Source: Ostreococcus lucimarinus
Taxonomy: Eukaryota
Length of the DNA stretch: 64,000 nucleotides
Strand: one strand, 5' to 3'
NCBI GenBank assembly: GCA_000092065.1
Contig: CP000582.1
This document shows positions 8,952-20,238 of the stretch, piece by piece. Position 1 is the first letter of the stretch. Each line of letters starts with the position of its first letter. The notes below the pieces were generated by a model. The model made no database searches and had not been told where the DNA came from. It worked only from the letters and a program-made list of their open reading frames with translations. The position numbers and the translations under genes are program-made.

Positions 8952-10815
8952 TCAGTCGCATTCTTGTGTCTCAGTCACAAGGGCGGCGAGGTCTCGGATG
9001 ATATCAAACGTAGCTTCGGGGCGTCCCAGAGCCCGTGCTCTGGAGGACATTGCGAGAAGTTCGGCATTATTCTCAGGAGCTAGCCATTCGGCAACTATTT
9101 GAGCGATCGTACGCGGGTTCTCACTGTATGCTCCAACTTTATTGTCAGTCACAAAGGGAATATTGCCCTCCTCTTGGCAAGGAATGCAGCCGTTCAAGAC
9201 AATAGGAACCCCACAGATCATAGCTTCAGCGATCGTTCCCGGGCCCGCTTTTGAGATAACGCAGTCACAAGCAGACATATACTCAGCCATATTATGAACA
9301 AATCCCTTCACCACCATTTTCAGTGGCCACACCTTTGACTGCAAGAAATCACTTAGTCTCAAATTGCGACCGCACACCACGATGACTTGGTGTGTGCTCC
9401 TTAATGTTTGTGCTAAAGCTTCCGCAGTTTCTTGAAGCTTACCCATACCTTCTCCACCACCGACGAGCATAACTGTTGGGGCGTCTGTGTCGAGTGCCAA
9501 TTTCGTTCGAAGTTCATGTTTAGAAAGTTGCCTACGTGCACTGAACGAGGGTCGGATAGGAAGACCATGGCACGCGATTTGTTCAGACTTCAACCCGAGT
9601 CGCATAGCCTGAGCAGCCACAAGATTAGTGGCCACGAAACACCTATCAACTGAACGATGGAACCATGTCGCGTGACAGCGTGTGAGGTCAGTTACAACAG
9701 TGGCAAAAGGCACTCTGGATATCAAAGACTGCTTGTGCATCTGTTGTAAGACACGCATCGGTACGTGTTGCATCAAAGGGTGAACGCTGACGATCAGATG
9801 CGGGTCGATTTCTTTAAATGCCCGCGCAAAGTGCTTTGATACAATCACGGTGTATCCCTAGGATGCAAATGTTAGCGCAATAGAAAGAGAAAAGCATTTA
9901 TTTCATCACCTTGAACATGATTTCGTGCAGGAGACGGGGCTCTGAGCAGCGGAAGTTTAACCTCCACAGCCAAGGATTTTTCACGAGAAAAAAGTAACTA
10001 TTTGGCATTTTAGAAAACGGCCAAGGGGAATTACTACTCCACAGATCGACAATGTGTACAGAAAATTCGTCCCCTGTTTTCGAAAAGTTGTGGCCGTGAG
10101 ACGGTTGTCATCAAACTTTAGGCAACATGATTACCGTATATGAGCTCAAAGCAATCTTTGAGAGCCTGAGCACTTGCCCTGTGTCCACCACCAGTATCAC
10201 TCATCAGACACATAACCCGCCGGCCACTCCTGTGGCCGATGAAGTCAGACGGGGAGCGCCCACCGACGTCGACGTTGGAGCAAGTTTTCATTTGTTGTGC
10301 GTTACTTATGACGCACTATGAAGGATGATCAGGGCGACGAAAGGCACGTTAGTCCATTGTGTTGAAAGTCGACGCGATAAAAAGGTAGACAGGTAAAGAA
10401 ACTGGATTAGAAACGCACTTCACCAGAGTTGAGCGGACGGCCACTTTGGGCTTTCAGCACAGCAGATATATTCATATCATTAATTTCCCTACAGCTGACA
10501 GATGATCAAAAGCTTCGAAATAGAATACCGTAAAAAGTACCTCGGGGCAGGTCTATCCATCCAACCGAACACATCAATGGATAAATCCTGAACACTACAC
10601 TTCACACCAGTTGATCTCTTGGGGCTGCGCACCGTTCTTCTACATTCGAAACCATACGACGCGTCCCGGAGCATCGTCATTGATTTCGATCCTAGATTCA
10701 CACGCTCCGTCGCCGCAAGCAGCGATGCGGACTGCGTTGTGTCAGCTCCCAGCATCCCTCCGCTGACAACGCGGGTCGGAAAGTCAGCAGTAGAACAGCC
10801 CCTATCAAAGCTCAC
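8952..10815 (-). CDS. MGD1: Monogalactosyldiacylglycerol (MGDG) synthase, multi-exon, with a likely N-terminal transit-peptide exon
   Basis: The last exon (8952 to about 9857) reads ...IVSVHPLMQHVP...GGGEGMG...KAGPGTIAEAMICGVPIVLN...QEEGNIPFV, matching plant MGD1. Upstream exons found in reverse complement carry DLWSSNSPWPFSKMPNSYFFLVKNPWLWR (about 9895..10010) and LMSDTGGGHRASAQALKDCFELIYG|GTAATC (about 10130..10262). The ORF 10489..10815 is Ser/Thr/Arg-rich and cTP-like. Confidence 0.8.
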
Positions 10816-11666
10816 AACAGTCTGTCGCGCGTTCAGCCACAGGCAACGGGGTGTGCGGCAGATTATACAATGAATGAGGGTAACAGACCTGGGCTGTTAC
10901 GCGCAACCTTTGACCAAAGCGGTGAGTTGAGTGCTGAGCAAACCGTCCGACGAGACTTCCGGTCGGTCCTGTCACATGGATATGATATTAGACATATTTA
11001 CATTATTATACTATGTGTGAGAGTAATACCCGAAGGAGTTATTTTCCGGTTTGTTGGTTCCAGACCCTAATACCTCACCGTAGAAAACCTCGTTTCGTTC
11101 ATAATCGATTCTCTGTGCCGGTACTGGTACAACTTGCACTCCAGTAATAAACTCAGCAGTCGACAAGTGTTACCCGAGGAATCTCGCTCGCTGCCCTGAA
11201 AAGCGCTCGCGGTCGCCCATGATACAAAGGTTTGTCAAATTAAGGGCGTGGCGGAATTGAGGAAAATTTCGAACTGTACAGTCCACTTTATTTTCAACTT
11301 CTCTGTTCAAGCCATGGTGCGCTTTCAGGTTTCATAATGGCAATTTTTCTCACTACGTCCGAGCGGTTAGATATGCATTGGAGGCGTTTGCATTCCTTAT
11401 GCCGCTATGATACCAATGCTAATCAACTTTTTCCGTTATCTGCGTACATTATTTTGGACTCGTGTCGGCCGTTGAGAAGTAAATACATCACTTGTGTTTA
11501 GAATATGGTCGCGTCCCAGCTTGCCAGAGTTGTCAGTGCGAACGCGGTTGAAGTCCACGGAGCACTATGTAGAATTGAAAGAGTAGTGAGTATTGCGGGA
11601 ACAGTTATTTGATCGCGCCAATTTCTTTCGGATTTTCATGTCCTATACAAGAACTAGACAAGGATC

Positions 11667-12860
11667 CTATCTACTGAGTTTCACTACTATACACACGACA
11701 TTGTCTTGCGTTCTACAACGCAAAGCTCGCGCTATCAAAGCATCAGCGATATCTTGCATGCTTTTACTCGGATCTTTCTTCAGTTCACTTCGCACAAAAG
11801 TGACTGCTTGCGCACTATTCATAGTATCCCATAACCCGTCCGACGCTAAGATTATGAACTCGTCCTCGGTTGAACGAGGTATTGTGAAACAATGAGGTAG
11901 CGATATCACCGGCGGACCTTCCATGCTAGCCTTCATTGCAAGAATGTCGCTAGAATCTTTCAATTCCTCAAGTAACTCGTACCGTCCTCCTTTAAATTCA
12001 TAGTCTCCAAATGCCCGAGTGACAGCAAGTATACCACAAACTCGACTCTGCGATATCCAACCACCTGCTTGATTGATCCGTTTGATCTCGCATCTTCCAC
12101 AAGAGCTTGATGTTGTTGGCCGATGATCAGCACTTATATCGACAGGTTTCCCGGAACGGCACAAGACAGCCCTACTATCTCCTACATTCGCACACATTAG
12201 TAGCGAAGAATTCACTACACACACCGTCGCAGTGCTTCCGCTCCAACACTCTGGATCACCAAGTGTGGCTATGTAGTCTATCAATGCACTATCTGCGGCC
12301 ATAAATACCTCAGACATCGACTTTTCAAAGATAGTATTCATCTCATCGTCGGTTGTAGTCTCGTCGCTCAAAAGCTTTCTGTTCTTTCCGAGCATGGCAC
12401 TCACGAACTTATAGAAATTTGAACGTAAATATGTTGAACTACCACATCCTCCGTGTCCATCGTAGACGGCCGCGAAAAAGTGATCTGGACCTTTGACGAC
12501 CTGATAAGCATCTTCCATGTAATCGCGCGGCCCGATGTCACTACACGCTCCCCAGTCAAGGTCTACTGGTCGTCGCACCTTGGCAGCAGGTTTTCTTACT
12601 TGTTCAAGTGAATCTACACTCGACGTCGTCGCTCTTGACGCGTTAGATACAATTACGGCAGCTAAACATGTAGCAACAAGCCCGGCTAGTTCACCTCCAG
12701 TCAAGAGCCCATTCAAATCGCTCAAGGGAAAGCGGCTCCCGCTTTGAACTGTTCGACGCTTATGCCGAAAGTGACGACTGACGAGTTTCGGAGAACTCAC
12801 AGTTGCCACCTGCTGCAAGGGTGCAACCTTCATGTTAGAGCTCGAATGTGTCTTGCGCAA
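11667..12860 (-). CDS. Protein phosphatase 2C (PPM family) with an N-terminal hydrophobic segment
   Basis: PP2C motifs are present: YMEDAY, FAAVYDGHGG, GSTATVC, ANVGDSRAV, ASDGLWD, and VTRAFGD..K. There is a hydrophobic stretch GLVATCLAAVIV near the N-terminus. Confidence 0.8.
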   Translation of the reverse strand: MRKTHSSSNMKVAPLQQVATVSSPKLVSRHFRHKRRTVQSGSRFPLSDLNGLLTGGELAGLVATCLAAVIVSNASRATTSSVDSLEQVRKPAAKVRRPVDLDWGACSDIGPRDYMEDAYQVVKGPDHFFAAVYDGHGGCGSSTYLRSNFYKFVSAMLGKNRKLLSDETTTDDEMNTIFEKSMSEVFMAADSALIDYIATLGDPECWSGSTATVCVVNSSLLMCANVGDSRAVLCRSGKPVDISADHRPTTSSSCGRCEIKRINQAGGWISQSRVCGILAVTRAFGDYEFKGGRYELLEELKDSSDILAMKASMEGPPVISLPHCFTIPRSTEDEFIILASDGLWDTMNSAQAVTFVRSELKKDPSKSMQDIADALIARALRCRTQDNVVCIVVKLSR

Positions 12861-13148
12861 ACCACCTTTTCGGCTTTACAGGCTTCCTGAAATATACGTT
12901 CACACCAAGAACGTCGCGTCGTGGTCAGCGCCGGAAGCGCAGGCTAGGAAAAGATTTCCGTCTTTTTTACTTCAGCAGTTCAGTTGACACCAGCAGGTCA
13001 CAGTACTTTCACCTGCTTTTTACAGGTCTTCAACTCCCCCACTGAGGGGCTGAAGCCTATTTTGCTCTAAGAAATGGACGGTTCGTGACTCCTCGATTTG
13101 CCGCGGCGGCACTTTGCGGCGCAGTAAGTCGGAGGTTGGTACATCTAG

Positions 13149-14744
13149 GTGCTATCGCGTGCAAGCGTGGCGTGCACGACAGGCATGCACGATGACATCT
13201 GTTCTCGAAGTTTCCTTGAATTCTCGTCACGAATTACTTCGCCCATTGTGAACGCTGTCCCGTATCCTCACGTCAACATCCATAACGTTTTTAACGACCG
13301 CTTCCTTCGCGAGTGTTTGGCAGAACTCAAAGACCAGCTGACAGCAAATTTCAAAGAGACTGACCTGTTCAAAGTATATCAAACAACAGATCTAGCTAAC
13401 TTACAGGACTGTGTGCCACGAGCACGCGTGACCGTACCGCATTTATTCAGGCTTCGACAGTATTTGTATTCAGAGGCCTTCCGTGATTTCATCGTTCAGG
13501 CGACAGGATGTGGTTCACTTGACGGCGCAGTGGACTGCTCTTGTAATATTTACACAGCTGGATGTCATCTGCTGTGCCATGATGATGTGATCGGTACTCG
13601 GAGAATTTCATATATAATCTACCTTTCTGAACCAGACGAGGTTTGGACGGGTACAGACGGAGGACAATTGGAGCTGTATCCCATCGGCCCAGATGGAAAA
13701 AATCCAACCGACAGTCCCGTGGTGTCGATGATGCCGGAATGGAATTCCATGGTTCTATTCGAGGTCTTGCCTGGACACAGTTTTCATGCTGTTCGGGAGG
13801 TGAGTTCGATTACAAAAACCAGGGTCAGCATATCAGGGTGGTTCCACGCAAAGCAGATAAAACAAGCTGAAAAACGCTATGGTGCTCCATCAACACTTCA
13901 ACAGCTTCAGGCAGCTGGCGATATCTACTATCCACCGTACACTTCAGTTTCAATTGCAGCTCGGTCTAGCCGACAAATAGCAGAACACGAACTGTCAAGT
14001 TTTTTGCACAAATGGGTCAAACCAGAATATCTGATACACGAAAACATTATACGAATTCGAGAGCACTTTCAAAACGAAGGTTCAATTCAGCTTCACGACT
14101 TTCTCTTGCCAAGTATTGCAGATTCGTTGCGTGAAAAGTTAAAACGCGAAGACAGCCGCAACCGTCGAAAATGTGGCCAGTACGACTACGCATGTGGGCA
14201 TGGTTGGAGTGTGAAAGGTCCGCCTCATATTCGTAGGTATTTAAGTTATCAGCCTGATAGTGCGCGTACGAATAGAAATGATGTAGGTGATCGCTTGGAG
14301 GAAGTTCTGATTAATGTCACCAGCACAGTTGGATTCCAGAACTGGTTGAGCGCGGTCACCGGTTTTCACTGCACACACGCATTTTCTGAAATACGCCGGT
14401 TCCGAGCGGGACTGGACTACACGCTCGCGCACTCTGACATTTTCAAGGATTCTCAGATAGATGTCGATCTATGCTTTACGAGTGGTCCTTCTCAGTGGCT
14501 CTCTGGTGACTTAGGGGGCTATCAATGCTTTACTTCCACTGAAGCAACGGACGGTGCTGCAGACGTATACTCTGGGGACATTGCAGAGAACGAGTCTCTG
14601 CGATCTATCGCACCTACATTCAACAGTTTAACACTCGTAAAAGTGGATAAAGGCATTACTAATTTTGTCAAATTCATTTCAACACATGCGAAGGGAAGTC
14701 GTTGGGACATAACTTCTCGTTTTGTAGTGGCCAAGTCAACCTAG
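13149..14744 (+). CDS. OGFOD1: 2OG-Fe(II) oxygenase of the OGFOD1/Tpa1/Ofd1 family (ribosomal-protein prolyl hydroxylase-like), two DSBH halves
   Basis: The 531-aa ORF carries LLCHDDVIGTRRISYIIYL (the HxD motif), LELYP, FEVLPGHSFHAVREV (second His) and RVSISGWFH (the RxS motif). These align to the human OGFOD1 N-domain as I remember it. The length and C-terminal second domain fit the family. Confidence 0.75.
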   Translation: MLSRASVACTTGMHDDICSRSFLEFSSRITSPIVNAVPYPHVNIHNVFNDRFLRECLAELKDQLTANFKETDLFKVYQTTDLANLQDCVPRARVTVPHLFRLRQYLYSEAFRDFIVQATGCGSLDGAVDCSCNIYTAGCHLLCHDDVIGTRRISYIIYLSEPDEVWTGTDGGQLELYPIGPDGKNPTDSPVVSMMPEWNSMVLFEVLPGHSFHAVREVSSITKTRVSISGWFHAKQIKQAEKRYGAPSTLQQLQAAGDIYYPPYTSVSIAARSSRQIAEHELSSFLHKWVKPEYLIHENIIRIREHFQNEGSIQLHDFLLPSIADSLREKLKREDSRNRRKCGQYDYACGHGWSVKGPPHIRRYLSYQPDSARTNRNDVGDRLEEVLINVTSTVGFQNWLSAVTGFHCTHAFSEIRRFRAGLDYTLAHSDIFKDSQIDVDLCFTSGPSQWLSGDLGGYQCFTSTEATDGAADVYSGDIAENESLRSIAPTFNSLTLVKVDKGITNFVKFISTHAKGSRWDITSRFVVAKST

Positions 14745-14864
14745 CGCACTCTACGGGTGCTGTTGTGAGCCCACGTGTACATAAGTTTACATTAACTACG
14801 TAGTAATATTTTGCTAATATGTATGAGCGTTTCAGTTCCACAGCTATCGAAGGCATGTTTGAAA

Positions 14865-15593
14865 TCATGCTTGATACTGAGCGATTCTCTTTTTTATCTC
14901 TAGCATCTTGCTCTGTAGTTCGTAATTCTTTGCCGAGGAAAGAGTGCTAGAGGCAACAAGAGCACGATATTCGGACTGAATATTTTGGGCTTCTTCGCGG
15001 AGTTCTTCGAGCGTCATTTCTCCACCAGCAAGCTTGGCTTCCATTGACTGTTGCTGTGAGTTCATTTTCACTTGTGCAGGCCGTGTTCCCTCGTACAGTT
15101 GTTGAGTGTTTACTTGAGACTCATTGTGGAAATTTTCAGATGGCTGGAGCAAGTATTCCGTATTTTTTACTCCTAACACCTCGTGCGATGAGCCCACTGG
15201 AGGAAGTGACGTCGATCTTGACTGACCCTCATACTCCCATCCACCCAACGCTCGTCTCACCTCTGGTGGCAAGTCAGTATCAACAGTTGAATTATTTTCT
15301 GTAAACCCAATCTCTATGCTGTTTCTTAGATGAAGCTCCATACGAGCTCTTCGGATCTCCTTTATGTACAGTCTCCAAGATCGTTCTGTGAAACCATAAT
15401 TGAAATAGGAATTGAGTTCAGCTCCACGGCGTCGCCAGGGAGCGACATCGATGTTGTCAAGATCCAAGTCAAAGACCCCACCATGACCAAGCTGTAGAAA
15501 TTCCTTATATTCGTCCGGTGGGATAAAACGAGCGCCTCCTTCTCCGCCAGGAAGAATGCGTTGTTGGAGTTCGTTATATCGAGCGTTTGGCAT
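14865..15593 (-). CDS. FIP1: Pre-mRNA polyadenylation factor FIP1-like (Fip1 domain)
   Basis: DLDLDNIDVAPWRRRGAELNSYFNYGFTERSWRLY matches the Fip1 motif (PWR.PG.D.SDYFNYGF.E.TW..Y). It lies convergent with OGFOD1. An extra 5' exon may exist. Confidence 0.6.
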   Translation of the reverse strand: MPNARYNELQQRILPGGEGGARFIPPDEYKEFLQLGHGGVFDLDLDNIDVAPWRRRGAELNSYFNYGFTERSWRLYIKEIRRARMELHLRNSIEIGFTENNSTVDTDLPPEVRRALGGWEYEGQSRSTSLPPVGSSHEVLGVKNTEYLLQPSENFHNESQVNTQQLYEGTRPAQVKMNSQQQSMEAKLAGGEMTLEELREEAQNIQSEYRALVASSTLSSAKNYELQSKMLEIKKRIAQYQA

Positions 15594-16141
15594 TTGTCCG
15601 TTATACGTATTCCACCGACCATCTGGTAACCTACTTGAAACGCTTTCACGACCTGTTCGCGGTTTCCCTGGGGGAGGCTGCGGAATCTTTCTGTCGTCGT
15701 GCTTGACAAATTCAGTGCCTCGGCGTTCCTCTAGCGATTCTATAGATACGTGACGTCGACGTTAGTTGTCGTCGAACAGCCTGAGTCGAATATTTTACCT
15801 GGAGTGCTTCTTGTCCGCTCAGCCCCGGAGCCAGTCTCGCCAGAATGGAAAATCTTTGCACAATCGTCATGAAATCAAAAAAAGCTGATAATTGAATGGT
15901 TTACCTCTCCGAACAGTTTCTCCTCATTCAAGCCCTTCTCACGTGAAAAACCCGTCATCACGACAACCGCCCTCCTTGTTCTGACGTTTTTGTTTCTACC
16001 GAGGGAACGTGGGCCCTACACCACAACACTACGCTTCCTCAATACATTGTATGCCGAACAGATATGGACGCTTCCAAATATATTCACGTGCTCACGCGCT
16101 AATCGTAGTGTTCAGCGCGTCCAGTTGTCGGTGAACTCGAC

Positions 16142-16879
16142 TTGAGAACCCGGTGTTCGTTCTGGACAAGGGGACGTCTTGCGCACAGCAAGCGACACGC
16201 CGCGATGCCAAACTTAGAACTACCTACAAGAATGTTACCGCGAGTACTGCTACCCACTTTAGCCGCTCTGGGGGCTATACTACACCCGGAGCGGGCAGAT
16301 TTAGTGGGCATCACGAGCGAGACGATTGGAGTTTTTAAGTTTGAGAGGATATTATCACAACTCTTGCAAGACAGAAATGGGCGCGCCATGCTGAGGGACC
16401 GCCAAAGAATATCAGAACATTCGCTACTTAAAGCAAGATTATGCGAGCGCGGAAGCTTAGGTCACGCGTACGCTAAATTTATGGATAGTCGGCAGTTCGA
16501 GCCAAGTGCAAGACCACCAGTCAGGTTTGTTCAGGACAAGCAGAGCAGATACATCGCCATAAGACTACGTGAAATTCACGACATCCTACATGTTTTATAC
16601 GATTGCCCAACTACTTTGAAGGGCGAACTCACCCTCAAAGCAATAGAGTTTGTCCAATATGGCCTTCCAGCTCATTGGGCTTCAGCATATTTTGCGCCAA
16701 GCCGCTTGCCCCTTGCAGAACGCAATTTCCTGACAAATCAACTTTTTCCATGGGCGATAAGAACTGCTAGCAAAGCACCCAACTTATTAAGTTTTGACTA
16801 TGAATCTCTCTTCCACACACCCATTGATCAATTGCGTGATGATTGGAAAATTGAAAGGATACCCTGCAGTTCAGCCTAA
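16142..16879 (+). CDS. COQ4: Ubiquinone biosynthesis protein COQ4 homologue
   Basis: RLREIHDILHVLYDCPTTLKGELTLKAIEFVQYGLP contains the COQ4 HDxxH(x)nE zinc-binding signature. The real start is possibly the internal Met (MPNLELP...). Confidence 0.7.
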   Translation: MRTRCSFWTRGRLAHSKRHAAMPNLELPTRMLPRVLLPTLAALGAILHPERADLVGITSETIGVFKFERILSQLLQDRNGRAMLRDRQRISEHSLLKARLCERGSLGHAYAKFMDSRQFEPSARPPVRFVQDKQSRYIAIRLREIHDILHVLYDCPTTLKGELTLKAIEFVQYGLPAHWASAYFAPSRLPLAERNFLTNQLFPWAIRTASKAPNLLSFDYESLFHTPIDQLRDDWKIERIPCSSA

Positions 16880-18061
16880 GCTTGACTTTTTAACGCAAAT
16901 GAAGACAGTAAGGCAGAAGATGGACGCCAACAACATAGCACAAATAGCAATCAAAGTTGCCTGTTCGTCAGTGCTAAATTTACTTTGCATCACTTCGCTA
17001 AGTCAACGTACTTGGGTCCGTTTTATCGTGTATTTCTGTTCTATTTGGCTCAAGAGAATTGAGGTTATCGGAGTCAAGACTACCGCAAGCCACACGCGCA
17101 GTGCCTTGGTCACTTGACTTCCGGCCTGTAAGGTACAATTTAAGTTTTAATATGATGATTAATGGGCGATTGATGACCATTCAATGCAGTAACATACCCA
17201 AACAAGCACAGCGACCTCGAGAAAGCGCCCTTGCAAAGTGAGGCTTGACTACAGGAGACATGAGTGATAGAACGCGCGGATCATACAAAAAGCTCACTCT
17301 TTGAAGGCAATAGATGTATGCACAAGTGTAGTAGCACGAGTTCAACGCTCCATAGCTCACCATACCTGCAGGACCAAGGTTTTTCAAGGTTTCTCTTTGC
17401 CTGAGATTTTTTCACCTCGCGAAACGAGCAAGCTAATATCTCATCTTACCGACAAAACCAGCCCGATTCAAGTTTACGTTGAGGACTTTGCGAAAAATTG
17501 TCTTTATCAAGCAAGCGATCTTCTCTAGGGAATGAACCCGCATTGTGCGAGGCACTGGGACGGTGCGGGGCCCTTGGGACTTTTCCACCACTGCTTTTAC
17601 AGACGTTCAGTCGTGTTTTCTTGTAAGCTGACGTCGGCGCACATTGAAACGCTACAGCCCGAGTCACCATTAAGCGGCACACGTTTCGCAAAAATGTGCG
17701 GTTCAAATGCGGCTTAGTACCCGTGGACACAGAGGCGAAAGCTGCTCGTGTTTCGGAAGTGAGTACAGGCCCGCGACAAATGTCACACTGAAGCTAGGAT
17801 GATCTATATATGTCCGTTTATGTCCATGCTTCGAGGAAATCGCCCATGATGCGCAAACATGCATAAATAAGCCGAAATTTCCAGACAGTTCGACAAAAGG
17901 TCACCGTTGGCCTTTCAGCAGTGGGCACAAGAAAATATAACGCATACAGCTATCACTGTCACACTTGGCTCTGCGATTCCGTTTGATGGATGACTTTCCG
18001 CTTGACGCAACGTCGCGCGATGCGACGCAAAAGTTTTTGGAACATTTGACACCTTGAGGCC

Positions 18062-19258
18062 ATGCAGTGCGTTTTACTCGAACCCTTTCTAGTAGGGCGT
18101 ATCGCCGTAAAACGGGGCCTCGCTAAAACAAAGCGAGCCAAACACATGAAAGGAGCACACGCGAGCGCACTTTGCGACGCATCTGATATCCCTATACGTT
18201 TAGTCGACCGCCCTGGTAAGTACCCCGTGAACAGCTCTCAACTGGATGACGTTAGGAAATGGGGTCAAGACGTTGCGGCACGAAATATTGCGTATTTCGA
18301 AGCTTCTAATGGAAGTCCGATGCTAAAAGAGCTATATCAAGAACTCGAATGGCTTATAACGGATAGTACCGCCGAAAGAGTCGAATGTTCTCCCAGACTG
18401 AAAGTAGCAACCTCTGGCGACGATGGTTTCAGCGCATCAAGTACCACCCGATCCGCGATTTTGCGTCAGTCGATACCCGAGCTTCAGCAGCTCTGGATGC
18501 GAAGAATAATAGATAGGGTGCCTTTGCAGTATCTCACAAACACGGCGCATTGGCGAGATATGGAATTCACTGTGAATACTTCTGTCCTCATACCACGACC
18601 TGAGACTGAATTACTGATAGATTTTGCGTGCGAATGGCTTCGTGAACTGGAGTCAAATACTGAAAATCATACCATGAATTATAATCTATTGTCAGGGCCA
18701 TGGCTTGATCTTGGAACCGGATCTGGAATTTTGGCCATCGCACTTGCGAAAGAACTACAGCGTAAGTGCGCAGATGCCTCCAGTGTGTACGCAGTAGACG
18801 TTTCTGTAGCCGCACTCGAACTCGCAAGGGACAATGCGCGTCGTAACGGAGTCCAAGATTCCATCAAAACCTTGCACGGATCATGGTTTAACCCGATCAA
18901 AAAAGATGTACGCTTTACCGGAATCTTGACCAACCCTCCGTACATCCCGACAGATTTGCTTGAGTCTCTTCAGCCGGAGGTTTGTTCGCATGAGCCATGG
19001 CTCGCACTCGATGGGGGGGGCGGGGACGGTTCAGCACACTTAGTCACTATCTGTAGGGACGTCAAGAACTTTTTACTCCCCGGTGGTCTGTTTGCAGTTG
19101 AAACCCACGGTCTAGAACAGGCTCGTTTGGTTCAACATTTATTGAACAGCACCGAGGCTTTTCGAGACGTCCACCTAAAAGCAGACTACTCTGGTATAGT
19201 TCGTTATGTAACGGCTAGAAAAGTGAACGATCCTGGAGTCATGGATGGCGCATGCTGA
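18062..19258 (+). CDS. prmC: Release factor glutamine-N5 methyltransferase (PrmC/HemK family), probably organelle-targeted
   Basis: VLIPRPETELL, the SAM motif LDLGTGSGILAIALA, the NPPY motif (ILTNPPYIP), and ALDGG are present. Confidence 0.75.
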   Translation: MQCVLLEPFLVGRIAVKRGLAKTKRAKHMKGAHASALCDASDIPIRLVDRPGKYPVNSSQLDDVRKWGQDVAARNIAYFEASNGSPMLKELYQELEWLITDSTAERVECSPRLKVATSGDDGFSASSTTRSAILRQSIPELQQLWMRRIIDRVPLQYLTNTAHWRDMEFTVNTSVLIPRPETELLIDFACEWLRELESNTENHTMNYNLLSGPWLDLGTGSGILAIALAKELQRKCADASSVYAVDVSVAALELARDNARRNGVQDSIKTLHGSWFNPIKKDVRFTGILTNPPYIPTDLLESLQPEVCSHEPWLALDGGGGDGSAHLVTICRDVKNFLLPGGLFAVETHGLEQARLVQHLLNSTEAFRDVHLKADYSGIVRYVTARKVNDPGVMDGAC

Positions 19259-19408
19259 GTGAGAAATTGCTCAACGTCTGCGTGCACGCAAACAGTGAGT
19301 GGTTCTGTTGACAATGTTAGCACGAGCAGCATAGTGTTAAAAACAAAAGAAGTCTCTACTGAGACAGCGAGCGACTGATATTATTGAATCTAAATTAATA
19401 AATGCTGC

Positions 19409-19933
19409 CTAATCGTACGAAGTTTCCCCGGAAGTTTGGCCGTGCTTCACGTGGTTTGACGACACCTGTATCCGTGTTTTCTCTTTTCGATCGCTAGGTG
19501 ACGCTGTACCGGCATCCAGAATAGGCGCTTTCACTAAGTGAACCTGTTTTTGTAACTCTTTCCTATCATTTCGTCTTCTTTCATCTGTGAGCCCTTTCAT
19601 GCGCCCATCGTAGTGTCTTTTCTCGCGCTTGCTACGGATTCCCTCAACAGTTTTGAGAGCTGCCATGGTTTTATGAGTCAATTCTCTACTGTATCTCACT
19701 GGACGATTACGTCGTCGCTCAAAGTTGAACACGTTATCTCCACTTAGATCTTTACCATGAATTGCGCGATATGCTTTTGTCCACTTAACTTTACGTGGAT
19801 TTCTTTTCATTTTGAAGTTCTTGTGGCACTTGGAGCGACAAAAGCGGAACATTTTAGAATCATTCCGTACGAAACAAATGCCGTGACCAGGATAGATGGT
19901 TGAACTACAGAACCAGCACTTCTCGAGACGCAT
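19409..19933 (-). CDS. RLP24: Ribosome biogenesis protein RLP24 (ribosomal L24e-like)
   Basis: MRLEKCWFCSSTIYPGHGICFVRNDSKMFRFCRSKCHKNFKMKRNPRKVKWTKA is near-identical to RLP24 N-termini (TRASH zinc-finger L24e fold). Confidence 0.9.
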   Translation of the reverse strand: MRLEKCWFCSSTIYPGHGICFVRNDSKMFRFCRSKCHKNFKMKRNPRKVKWTKAYRAIHGKDLSGDNVFNFERRRNRPVRYSRELTHKTMAALKTVEGIRSKREKRHYDGRMKGLTDERRRNDRKELQKQVHLVKAPILDAGTASPSDRKEKTRIQVSSNHVKHGQTSGETSYD

Positions 19934-20238
19934 GAGCTGTGCTATTCACGATCTTGTCAAAATCTAGACCTCTCTAGCGGGGTACGAGTGTCGTTCTGGT
20001 TGTGGCGGCTGGCGGAACGGGCACGGACCAACCCGTCAATTTCCCCTCGTCAGGGTTTTGACCGAGGTGCATTTTATTTAGTAACTAATCTAGTTTTGAT
20101 ATATGTAAATTTATGTATATAATATTGTATGCGACGAGCAAATATGCAATCATAAAAAGCGTGGCGCTCTTTGGACGCGTGGCGGCGGTGACGTTCAACG
20201 TTTCGGTGACTACAGCGAGTTCCGCACGCGGTACAAAA
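19934..20238. promoter_or_regulatory. Bidirectional promoter region shared by divergent RLP24 and BOP1 (about 300 bp) with a telo-box-like CAGGGTTTT
   Basis: The start codons are at 19933 (minus strand) and 20239 (plus strand). cagggttttg lies at 20051..20060. An AT-rich tatatgtaaatttatgtatataatattgt sits before BOP1. Confidence 0.5.

Noticed and set aside
16099-16389. Minus-strand 96-aa ORF overlapping the COQ4 gene
   Set aside because: It is antisense to a well-supported COQ4 reading frame and has no features of its own.
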